This document shows, piece by piece, positions 54,024 through 64,000 of a stretch of 64,000 nucleotides of DNA. The notes below the pieces were generated by a model. It was not told the DNA's origin. It searched no databases and saw only the letters and a program-made list of their open reading frames with translations. Both the position numbers and the translations under genes were made by a program. Position 1 is the stretch's first letter. Every line of letters starts with the position of its first letter. The DNA is from Octopus vulgaris (lineage: Eukaryota). Location: NCBI GenBank assembly GCA_951406725.2, contig OX597828.1:61380001-61444000 (forward strand), read 5' to 3'.

Positions 54024-56313
54024 TAAGGAAAAATCAATCTTTCAACCAAACCTCTTTCTAACATAAAAATTGACATCCTCTCAAAAGGGCTCAAATTTAC
54101 ACCAACTCCACGCAGAGCCAACCTAAATGAAATCAAGGATAATATAACAGAATTTTGCAGAAAATTAAGACTAGCAGAAGCATCAACCAGTTTCAATACT
54201 GAAGATGAATCACTAGTCAAGAACAAAAGTGAACACATCCCACACAGAGGAAGAAATAAAGATCTAGACGAATTCTGTAACCACATTGAGAACTTTCCCT
54301 ACCATACTATACATAAACAGAAAGTTAACTCAAATTTTAACACTACACAATGGAAAGAACTGATAGAACTTCAAAATGATGAGAATATAACCATTATGGA
54401 AGCAGACAAGGGAAATGCAGTTGTAATAATGGATACATCATACTACAGAAATCTTGTAATTTCCTTGCTTGATGACGACCTACATTATGAAAAAATTACC
54501 AACTACACCCCATCAAAAATAATGAAAACTCTATCTTCACTAATTAAAACCCATGAAAAGGAACTAACAACCAAAGAGATTGACTTCCTAACAAACTTTA
54601 AATGCAAACCTAGCCTTTTCTATGGTCTGCCAAAAATTCATAATAGTCAAATTATAAATGAAACCATTAAAAAATCACCAAAGACTTACATACACACACC
54701 TAACCCGGTGGACCTAAAACTACGACCCATTGTAGCTGGCCCAACCTGTGAAACACACAGACTAAGTCTACTTATGGACATCCTCCTGAAACCCTTCCTT
54801 AAACATATCGATAGCCATATCAGAGATGACTTAGTTAAACCACCTTCCAAAAAAAGCCAAGGAAGAAACAATCCTGGTTTCATTTGATGTAGTTAACTTA
54901 TATACCAGTATACCTCATAATTATGGACTGGAGGCAATACAGTTCTGGTTAGACCAATTTCCGGAAGAAATACCAAAAAGGATCAGTAAAGAATTCATTA
55001 CTAAATCAATTGAATTCATCCTACACAATAACCACTTCATGTTTGACAATATATTTTACCGTAAAAAATCCGGAATTGCTATGGGTACAAGGGCAGCACC
55101 AGTCATTGCGAACTTAACAATGGGATACATGGAAATAATCATTTACCAGGAATCTTTATCAATCCTTGGAAACCCCCTCTCTCAATACATAAAAGAGAAT
55201 TGGAAACGATTCTTAGACGATTGTTTTATTCCCTGGAATGAAAACACAGATAAACTCCTAAAATTTAAAAACCTATTGAACAGCATAAACCCAAATATAC
55301 AGTTCACAATGGAATACAACCAAAAGGAGCTCCCGTTCTTGGATATACTAATTAAAAAAATTAACCTTAAAATAGAAACAGACATTTTTTACAAAGCCAC
55401 AGACGCCAAACAATACCTTCTTTTTAATTCATGCCACCCAAGACACACTAAAACAAACATCCCCTTCAACCTTGCAAGAAGGATATGCACAATAGTGTCA
55501 GAACAAAATACCAGGAACTTTAGACTGCAAGAACTCAAAAACACCCTAATTGACAGACATTACCCAGCTCAACTCATAGAGGATGGGATCAGACGTGCAA
55601 CAGAAATCAAAATAGAAACTTTAAGAAAAGTTCAACACAACAACACACCTTCCCCGAAAATACTACCTTACATATCTACATACAACCCCAGAAACAAAGA
55701 AGCCTTCACCATCATCACCCAGAATTTACCAATACTTCATAAAGACCCCAAATTAAAGGAAATTCTAAACATTCACCAAATCATTAAAAGCTACAAACAG
55801 CCTAAATCACTCAAAAAGATTCTCACAAAGGCAAAATTGTCTTCTGAAATTACGGATGCAAAAGTAAAAAAATGTGGTAGATCGAACTGTGCAACATGTC
55901 CTAACCTGCTAGAAGGATCAGAATTCCTCTTTAAAGAGGGACAGAAATTCAAGATCAAATCTAACTTTACTTGTGCCTCTGAAAAAATTTATGTCATAAA
56001 ATGCTCGGGCTGCCACCAAGACTACGTGGGTTCCACGGGACTATCACTCAGACGTAGATGCACACTGCATCGACAACAGATTGCATTCCCAGAATATAGA
56101 ATGATACCTTTTAGTGAGCACATTGATAAATGCGCAAAGCAACTACTACCACAATTTTTAATCTTTCCATTTTACCAATGTGCTTTCGGATCATCAACAC
56201 AAATTAGACTAAACAAGGAAACATTCTTCATTGAAAAGTACAAGCCCAGACTCAACCATCCGAACATACTGATACAGAGAAATTCACACCAAGGGAAAGG
56301 AAAAAATTTTTAA
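54024..56313 (+). pseudogene. PLE reverse transcriptase + GIY-YIG endonuclease with one apparent frameshift (about 54830)
   Basis: INLS..ILSKGLKFTPTP, ADKGNAVVIMD, FYGLPKIH, LRPIVAG, LVSFDVVNLYTSIPH, GIAMGT, WKRFLDD, LPFLD, SCHP, KCGRSNCATC, IYVIKCSGCHQDYVG. Confidence 0.95.
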
Positions 56314-56422
56314 GCGATTATCTCCCTTACACCGGAAGAAATCACTCACTACCTTCCCTTATTTAGAACTCTCCTGAACATAAACATAACGAAAACTCTA
56401 TTCAACATAAACATAACGTCGC

Positions 56423-56461
56423 AAGAAATTTGAAAAGCTACACGCGAAACCGGTCTTTCTT
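56423..56461 (+). ncRNA. Minimal hammerhead with U3-A8 core
   Basis: aagaaa(t)-TTGAAAA-gc.tacac.gc-GAAA-ccgg-TC-tttctt. Predicted cleavage is after 56455. Confidence 0.7.
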
Positions 56462-56586
56462 TTAAATTATGTCATTATAAGAGAAAAAAATTAAAAAAAT
56501 TTTCTAATATTCTTCAGACATATTGACGCAAATATATATATTTTTTAACATTTAAGCCTTCTGTAGTATTTTCACTCTTTACTATT

Positions 56587-56635
<49 letters not shown>

Positions 56636-56637
56636 AC

Positions 56638-56707
<70 letters not shown>

Positions 56708-56989
56708 TATGCAGGAAAAGTTGGTAATGACACAAGGAACAGATTATGAAATATTGGTAGTGATCCGGGAATTTTTATGGATTCTTGAAGGATTTTTCAT
56801 TTGTTATATTTACTTTACATGAAGTATTACAATGTTACGTTCTTTGATTATCTCCCTTGAAAATACATTCATCGTTTGCACGTAACCTATGGTGGCGTTG
56901 CTGTTTCCAAAGTTTATTTTCGTTTCTCTATTAGTAATTTTACTCGCGTATGTATCTTAAAATGAGCTGCTTGGCGGAGGTCTGCGGAG

Positions 56990-57415
56990 GATGACATGAC
57001 AAGCCTTGACTATTGGGATCGAGTCAAAAAGGTCAGACTTTGCTCCCTCCACCGCAACTGTGAGCTCTATTTCATCTGTATGATGTGGAAAATATTCCAT
57101 GAACATTGCCCATCTTTAAAATTCGTCCGAGGCTTGGCCCCCGTGCCATCCGTCCACTACAGAAATGTATCACAACACTATGACAAAACTATTTCACCTA
57201 AATTGGCCCTGCTCTCTTCAACATCATGCCAGACACATAAAGGAGGAAATATCAGATAAACCACTCATGCCCAGATATGTCTTTGAAAGCAATAACCCTC
57301 TGCTTGAATGGGCTACGGTTCCCCAGAGCTGACTGTGTATCTCTTCCAGGTGGTGCTATTAAATGAGATATGGCTGGAATCAACTTCGGCCGAAACTTAT
57401 CTAAGTAATCTAATC
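56990..57415 (+). pseudogene. CR1-like LINE 3' end
   Basis: LDYWDRVKKVRLCSLHR..YFICMMWKI matches the post-RT motif Y.ERL..L.L.SL.RRR. Short tandem-like tail. Confidence 0.75.
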
Positions 57416-57659
57416 AAATCATGACAACGTGGGTAGAGGCTGATATCTTAACATTTCTGATGGTCTTCAGTATAAAAAAGATTATTAAATATTTATATAG
57501 AACTACATTCAGAGTATGTCTATAAGCTATTGTGTTTAGACCTGGTTTCTACCCTCAAACTGTTCCGTTTTGTAGATGCAATTTTTTTTTTAATTAAGCG
57601 CTTCGAAATTAGAAAAATCAGGAATCTGCAACAATCTCGGTCCTATGAGTATCGGATAA

Positions 57660-58110
57660 TGGATTTTCAACTGTGTAAAGAAACTGATTGTGGTGATCGT
57701 AGTTTTGACGGTGATTGTGGTGAAAGCAGAGACAGTGTTGATGATGACGATGGTCGAGATAAGAATGGGAGGAGGATAAAATAGTGTCGGTGGATATAAT
57801 GGCGATGGGAGCGGTGTGATGTGCGATGCTGAGTGATGGTGATAAGAGTGGTGTTGATGATAGTGTTAGTTGTGTGATGGTGGTATTGTAGTGGTTATAC
57901 TGGTTGTGGTGGTGAAAGTGACTGTCAAGGTAACTGTCATCATAACGTTGATGGTGGTGTATGTGGTTGAAGTTGAAGCAATGACAATGCTGCTGATGAT
58001 GTTAGTGGTTGTGGTGGTGGTGATAGTGGTAGGATAGTTGTGGTGGTGATTGTGATATGGTGATAGTGGTGGTGGTGGTTGTCGTCGTCGTCGTAGTGCT
58101 GCTCCTGCTG
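57660..58110. repeat. GGT/GAT/GTC-rich low-complexity tract
   Basis: Degenerate trinucleotide repeats. Confidence 0.85.
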
Positions 58111-58150
58111 GTTTGGCGGAGGTCTGCGCCCTCCGAGTGCTTTTCTAGTT

Positions 58151-59565
58151 GAAACTTACTAATAAGCTGTTCATGGTGCAAGTGATACTCAGGCCAACCA
58201 GGGGAAACAACATACAGGACATATGTTTCGCAAATAATGTGGACTTTATCCATAATGTGAAAGCGACATCAACGGCACTCTCAGATCACAACATTGTTGA
58301 ACTAGCTGCGTATGGTCCAACGCGAATTGTTAGTATCTACCCTATCAGGAGGACTCAAACCTTATCCAACCTAAGGCAAAATGGGAATCAATCCGCAAAG
58401 AGATCCACAAACGAAACTGGTCCAACATTCTGTGCATGCAAGACATTCATTTGAAACTCAGCCAGTTTATGTCTACAGTGCAAGCTATATGCACTAAATA
58501 TGTCCCAGAAAGAAGGGCCAGCACACTGTCAAACAAGATTCCCAGGGACAGAAAAATCCTCATGAGACGCAGGTCAAAGATCTCAAAACGGCTGAATAGA
58601 CAACTGAAGGATAAAGGGAAGTCTATCTTCATACGGACGCTCCTAGGAATCGAAGGCAAGATTAAACTCTCTCACGAAATGGAAAGAGCAGAGAGAAAGA
58701 AAAGGGCTGTGGAAAGCATGAAAACAAACCTCAAAGCTTTCTATATATTCGCAAAGGAAACAGCCACAATACAATATAAAATAGGACCCTTGTTGCAAGG
58801 GAATGACTCACTGACAGCGAAGGAATAATTTTAAAGTGTTTTCACTTTTCCCTTTGGACACTCTGCAGATGAAAAATACGGCTGAATTCCTTAATATTGC
58901 AGGCACCAGCCATTGATTACATCAACATTGAGGAAACAATAGCGAAACCACTTCAGATATTTTTCCAAAGCGGTATATTTCCTAAAAAGCTGAAAGAAGG
59001 CATTATAAGGTGGAAGCAGAGGCGATGCCAAGAACTACAAGCCAATCTCTCTGACTTCGCATATAAGTAAAGTCATGGAGCGAATCATCAGAAAGAAGTT
59101 GATTATGTTCTTAGAAGAAAATGACCTCTGAACAATACTCAGCATGGCTTCCGTCCGAGAAAAAGCTGCCTCACACAGCTTCTACAGAACTACGGCTGAG
59201 TTTTAAAACAGCTGCTTGACCATTCAGATGTCAGTGTAATATACTTTGACTTTGCAAAGGCATTTGATAAGGTAGATCATGGCATGATAAGTCATAAGCT
59301 ACAAGACCTTGGCATTGCAGGTAGACTGGGAGAGTGGCTGCATGACTTCCTTAAAAACAGAAGTCAGATAGTTGCAGCCAATGGTGCCCTTTCTAAGAAA
59401 ACTCAAATCGTGAGTGGTGTCTCCAGGGGATTATTTTGGGGCCATTACTGTTCATAATAGCCCTCTTAGACATGCCCATGGTCACTCGGACAGCCATTGT
59501 CACTAGCTGTGCCGATGATACAAAATTATCACCGGCAATAAAAAGCCAAGATGATGTCACAAGCT
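58151..59565 (+). pseudogene. CR1-like LINE fragment (endonuclease C-terminus and RT)
   Basis: PTRGNNIQD..LSDHNIV, NYKPISLTSHISKVMERII, QHGFR..KSCLTQLL, DFAKAFDKVDHG, ILGPLLF, ADDTKL, with deletions and stops. Confidence 0.9.
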
Positions 59566-61344
59566 TAAATACTTACATGATATAAAGCATGATGTCTGGT
59601 GCATTTGTTATAAAATATTTCGAAACACTAAAGCTCAAAATAGTAAATTACTATGAAATTGGCTAAAAAATATGGTTTCTTTTGTGTTCCTAAAATTTTA
59701 GAAAATTAAAATATAAGCACAGTGTTAAAATTATTTCAATAGCAGCATAAAACAGAAGCAGGCGAATGCATAATATAGAAACAGGTATTTTGCATTTTAA
59801 TTGTCAAGATTTTTATCGCTTAATTCTGACATTTTTAATACAGCTTCTCTTTACGTTGGAAAATGAAGCATCGTCTTGAATGTATACTTGCTTGTTTTCT
59901 TCTTACATTTAAAAACCATAAATGACAAACGAAAGCGCATATCAACTAATCTTAATCCATAATGAAACACTTTCTTGACAACTTTGAGTGGTACTCTTCC
60001 AAAATTAGATGAAAACGATGAGATTTCTGTATGTTTATTTATTCATATCATATAACCCACCAATGTTTCATTGAAAGAAATTCATTGATACTTACATATT
60101 TCACCTTTATGCGCTTTTCGAAATTAAATATATTCATATTTAACTTCCGGAGTTGATGTTTGTCTTCGTGGAAACTTATACATTAAACGGTTAAAAGATT
60201 GAGAATTTATTCTTCTCCAACCCTGTACACATATCTTGTACAAGATTTGTTTGTTTGTTTTCTATTTTCCTTGACGAAGCACATCAATCACATATATGTC
60301 ACCTCTGTGAATAGAATTTGTTGCTACGGCAAATCTTTTTTTGCTATAATTTTGTGTCAGAGAACACAAATAACCAAAACACCTATTAAGTATTGCACAG
60401 GAATTACTCCTATCAGCATGTATCTTTCTGCTTCTTTGTGCCTTATATTAACAGTCCCTTTCTTATCGATAATTAATTTGTGCCGTGTCGATGAAACATT
60501 ATGCGTCAAATAGCGGGAAGGAAATATTTTAAAAATTGTTGATCTCACTGACATTGCTTTTTTACGTGGTCGTCGGGAATGAAAGGAGAAGTATACGTCA
60601 TTTGATTTCTGAAATGTGATGTACGAGACATAGCCGTTGAACAAATTAAACATAATTAAGACTTAATTGCTCAGTATTTTCGTTCCATCTGAATGCAAAT
60701 GTTCGTTCACTTCCCCAGGATGAGGTTAGCACACATACTAAGCTTTACACATAAATGTAACAAAGACTATGTACTCGCTTGACATGCTAGAAATAGTAGT
60801 CAAATTTCCATCAACTCATACTCTACCATTTAAGAAAAAAGAAAATGCAGCTTCACCAATGTAGTTATTGATAATTTATTTCTGAAAGGATGGTGGAATA
60901 GTCACCGTTAGAATTCCTTTTATTACAGATCTGCTCAGAGTCATATTTAGGTGAAATAAGTATTACATTTTGTTCCCGAAATGTCTGTAGAATGTGAGTT
61001 ATTTATTGAGTCCCACGTTTGTAGAAGCTATAAATAATGTATAAATAATATATTCGAAGGCAGAATATATTTGAGTACTCAGCCATAAAGAATCGTCCCA
61101 AAAGTGACCGGGATCTGTCAGGATATTTCCATTTGTGCTGTATTGTAACAAAGAACTGGGAGACCATCCTCGTCTCAAAGGAAGAAATTATATTATTTAT
61201 GGGTTTTGAACCTTCCGAGCTTAAGATAGCACTAGGACCGCTGAGTATCAGATGATATTGAACTAAATAACAACAACAACAACAAGAACAAGCATACTTA
61301 ACATTACAGCAATTCTAGAAGTTCAACCAAGTTTGCAGGTATGC

Positions 61345-61543
61345 TGGTTTCAAATTTTGGCACAAAGCCGGCAATTTGGGGGAGGGATTAAGTTAATTAC
61401 AACGACCCAGTGCTCAACTGGTACATATTTCATCGACTCCGAAAGGACAAAAGGCAAAGGATTTGAACTCAGAACGTAAAGACGGGCGAAATGCCGCTAA
61501 GCATTTTGCCTGCCGTGCTAACAACCCTGCCAGCTCGCCGCCT
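61345..61543 (-). mobile_element. Family B SINE
   Basis: Ends ctgccagctcgccgcc. ctggtac..atcgac..gaaagga core. Confidence 0.85.
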
Positions 61544-62549
61544 GAATCAAATTAAATATATTAATAATCTTACCGGCGAATCTGTTTTAAAATAGATACG
61601 TTACTCAATTCTTTTCACACCAGAGCCACTTATGACTATCGATTCGATAGGGCATCAGAAAATGAAAAGAAGGATCGGTTGTTTGTGCCTTAAAACTAAT
61701 GTTTCTTTCCGTGGAAATGACACTTCACTATCAATGACAGTATCTATCCAGCGTAAAGTTGGTTTGTCTGTCGTTATAACATCCCACTACAGTGATTGTA
61801 AATTTGATGCGCACTTCGTTGTTTGCATTGGTGAATTCATTTCGTACATTAGTAACGAACAGCTATAGAGAGCCATCCTCCTTCAGAATATATTTATTTC
61901 ACATTCGCTTAATACTATGCAAGGTAGAGTTAAATTTCAGTCCTTTACATCCTCGTAAGCTCTTAAGTATCAGCTGGGTATTAGTTTTAATGGAAGAACC
62001 ACAATGTAGTTATTTGACCTGCAAGAAACTGTAAACGAAGTATCTCAAATGACATAGCTAGCGTCTTGGACGCAGCTGGAACGCCTGTGATCGTAGGTCG
62101 GCTGAATTAGAGCTGATCAGAAGCTAAAACAACAATGCTTACATGTTTAAGTAATTAGTTCTTAATGTGTAACTTGGCACCAAGGAACACTAATTAATCT
62201 ATGAAATTAATTGATAGGATTTTATATATTAGCAAAATTACTTAGTGTATTAAGTGAGTAGTGTAATTGGGGAATTAAAAGGCAAACAACACAACGATAT
62301 GAAGAGAACGGTATATGTTATTACAGTTTACATAAAATAGCATAATTACAAATCCATACCAAAACCATTCAGAGACGCATGGTTAGAAAATTTGCTTTGC
62401 AGCCACGTGGTTTCGAGTTCGACCCTACTGCATGGCACCTTGAACAAATGTCCAACAACTGTAATGAAAGTTTGTGTATGTGTGTGCGCGCGCGTGTGCA
62501 CACATACACACACACACACACAAATAAGCATACATACATACACGCACAC

Positions 62550-62604
<55 letters not shown>

Positions 62605-63402
62605 TACATATGTATACGATAGTGTATACGTGTGTGAGTGGATGTGTCTTTGGAATCCTGCGCGCGTACACTTAAGTTCGCTTTACAAACACATACTTCA
62701 TGTTCAGATTTTAGGTTTGAGAGTGATATGCGACAGTAAGATTTTTAAAATTTTGCCTGGTCTTTGTTGGGCAAAATGCTTTGTGTTCTTTTTTCCGGTT
62801 CTCTGTGTTCTGAGTTCATATCCTACCGAGCTAAACTTTACTCCTCATCGATAAAATAAAATAACAGTCAAAGAAATAGATGGAAGCGTATAATCTCCTT
62901 CCTTCAAAAATTTCTAGCCTTGTGCCTAAATTAGGAAGAATTATTTTGTCTAAAGAGGGAAATCTATTTGTTGTGTTCCTACTTTTCCCTTCCTATTTGT
63001 CTCACTCCTTCCCACTCTCCCTGCCCACTTCCTCTTTGAATCATTCCTGCCGAATGCCGTAAATACGTACGGTTATTTATCTCACAGATGTTAGCTATTT
63101 ACTAAGAGCAGCAAAAAATATACGAGAAAAAATAGATGAAAATAATTTACGAAATAATTTAGCACGCAACTATATAAAAGTTCAGCGTAATCATTAATGG
63201 TAAAAAATTATAAAATAAAATTAAAATATAGAACTTATTTGCCTTCCATATAATGCAGTTATAGGCAGATTTGATAACCTATTTTATTTCTTCGTTCTTA
63301 ACTTGCCGTAAAACGTTCCTCCTAATGCAAAATAAATCAAATTTGTCTTTTATCCTTGTTTAAAAACTCACCAGAAAATGAATAATTATTTATATAGTTC
63401 AT

Positions 63403-63569
63403 AGGCGCAGGAGTGGGTATGTGTAAGCAGCTTGCTTACCAACCACATGGTCCCGGGTTCAGTCTCAATGCGTGGCACCTTGGGCAAGTGTCTTCTACTA
63501 TAGCCTCGGGTCGACCAAAGACTTGTGAGTGGATTTGGCACACAAACACACACACACATACATATGTCG

Positions 63570-63608
<39 letters not shown>

Positions 63609-63860
63609 CATATGTGTGTGTGTTTGTGTGTGGGTATGTATATGTTTGTGTATGTGTTTGTCGCCCCAACATCGATTGACAACTGATGCTGGTGCGTTTA
63701 CGTCCCCGTAACTTAGCTGTTCGGCAAAAGAGACCGATAGAATAAGTACTAGGCTTACAAAGAATAAGTCCTAGGGTCGATTTTCTCGACTAAAGGTGGT
63801 GTTCCAGCATGGCCACAGTCAAATGATTGAAACAAGAAAAAGAATAAAAAATAAAAAGAA
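63403..63860 (+). mobile_element. Family A SINE, full length
   Basis: ggcgcaggagtgg head through aaagaataaaa tail. A head fragment also occurs at about 62370-62452. Confidence 0.95.
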
Positions 63861-64000
63861 TTTGAATCATTTTTGTTGATGTATCTTCGGGCCAAATATA
63901 GCAGTGCAACAATGCATTTTATAAAAGTGCAATTTATAAAAGTGCATTCTATAAAAGTACAATTTACAAGGAATCATATTACGTATTCAGAAAACATAAT

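Larger units (their letters stand above)
53215..56596 (+). mobile_element. Nearly intact Neptune-type PLE with inverted terminal pseudo-LTR
   Basis: 53247-53392 is the reverse complement of 56454-56596. Microsatellite flanks. Contains an RT-GIY-YIG ORF. Confidence 0.95.

Noticed and set aside
54024-56313. Telomerase RT, retron or group II intron RT
   Set aside because: The C-terminal GIY-YIG, pseudo-LTR and hammerhead identify it as a Penelope-like element.
60199-62034. ORFs of 78-104 aa in unique sequence
   Set aside because: No recognisable domain, overlapping on opposite strands, and lengths compatible with chance.
63915-63970. 15-bp tandem repeat (tttataaaagtgcaa) x3-4
   Set aside because: Short and degenerate at the window edge; not interpretable.

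Overview
This is AT-rich, microsatellite-saturated animal DNA, most likely from an octopus; the organism is inferred from the recognisable SINE families and repeat landscape. I can support no intact host protein-coding gene, and almost all ORF-track entries are microsatellite artefacts. The window is a nested set of mobile elements. It holds at least seven distinct Penelope-like retroelement (PLE) families of Hydra-type and Neptune-type (RT + C-terminal GIY-YIG), one of them nearly intact at 53.2-56.6 kb. It also holds three tRNA-derived SINE families, RTE, CR1-like and R4/Dong LINE fragments, a full-length decayed Tc1, an internally deleted PIF1-helicase Helitron plus a non-autonomous Helitron, a spliced DUF4806-like transposon pseudogene, and a ~61-copy 31-bp minisatellite. 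The main hidden signal is RNA structure. About a dozen type-I hammerhead-ribozyme motifs, read by eye, sit in the PLE pseudo-LTRs. Several have non-canonical cores (U4C, a compensated U3-A8 pair, A6U) and palindromic stem III. They occur with short non-coding fold-back elements inserted in (TA)n/(AAT)n tracts, an apparent swap of ribozyme modules within one PLE family, and an inverted terminal repeat whose boundary falls at the predicted self-cleavage site. None of this was checked computationally.
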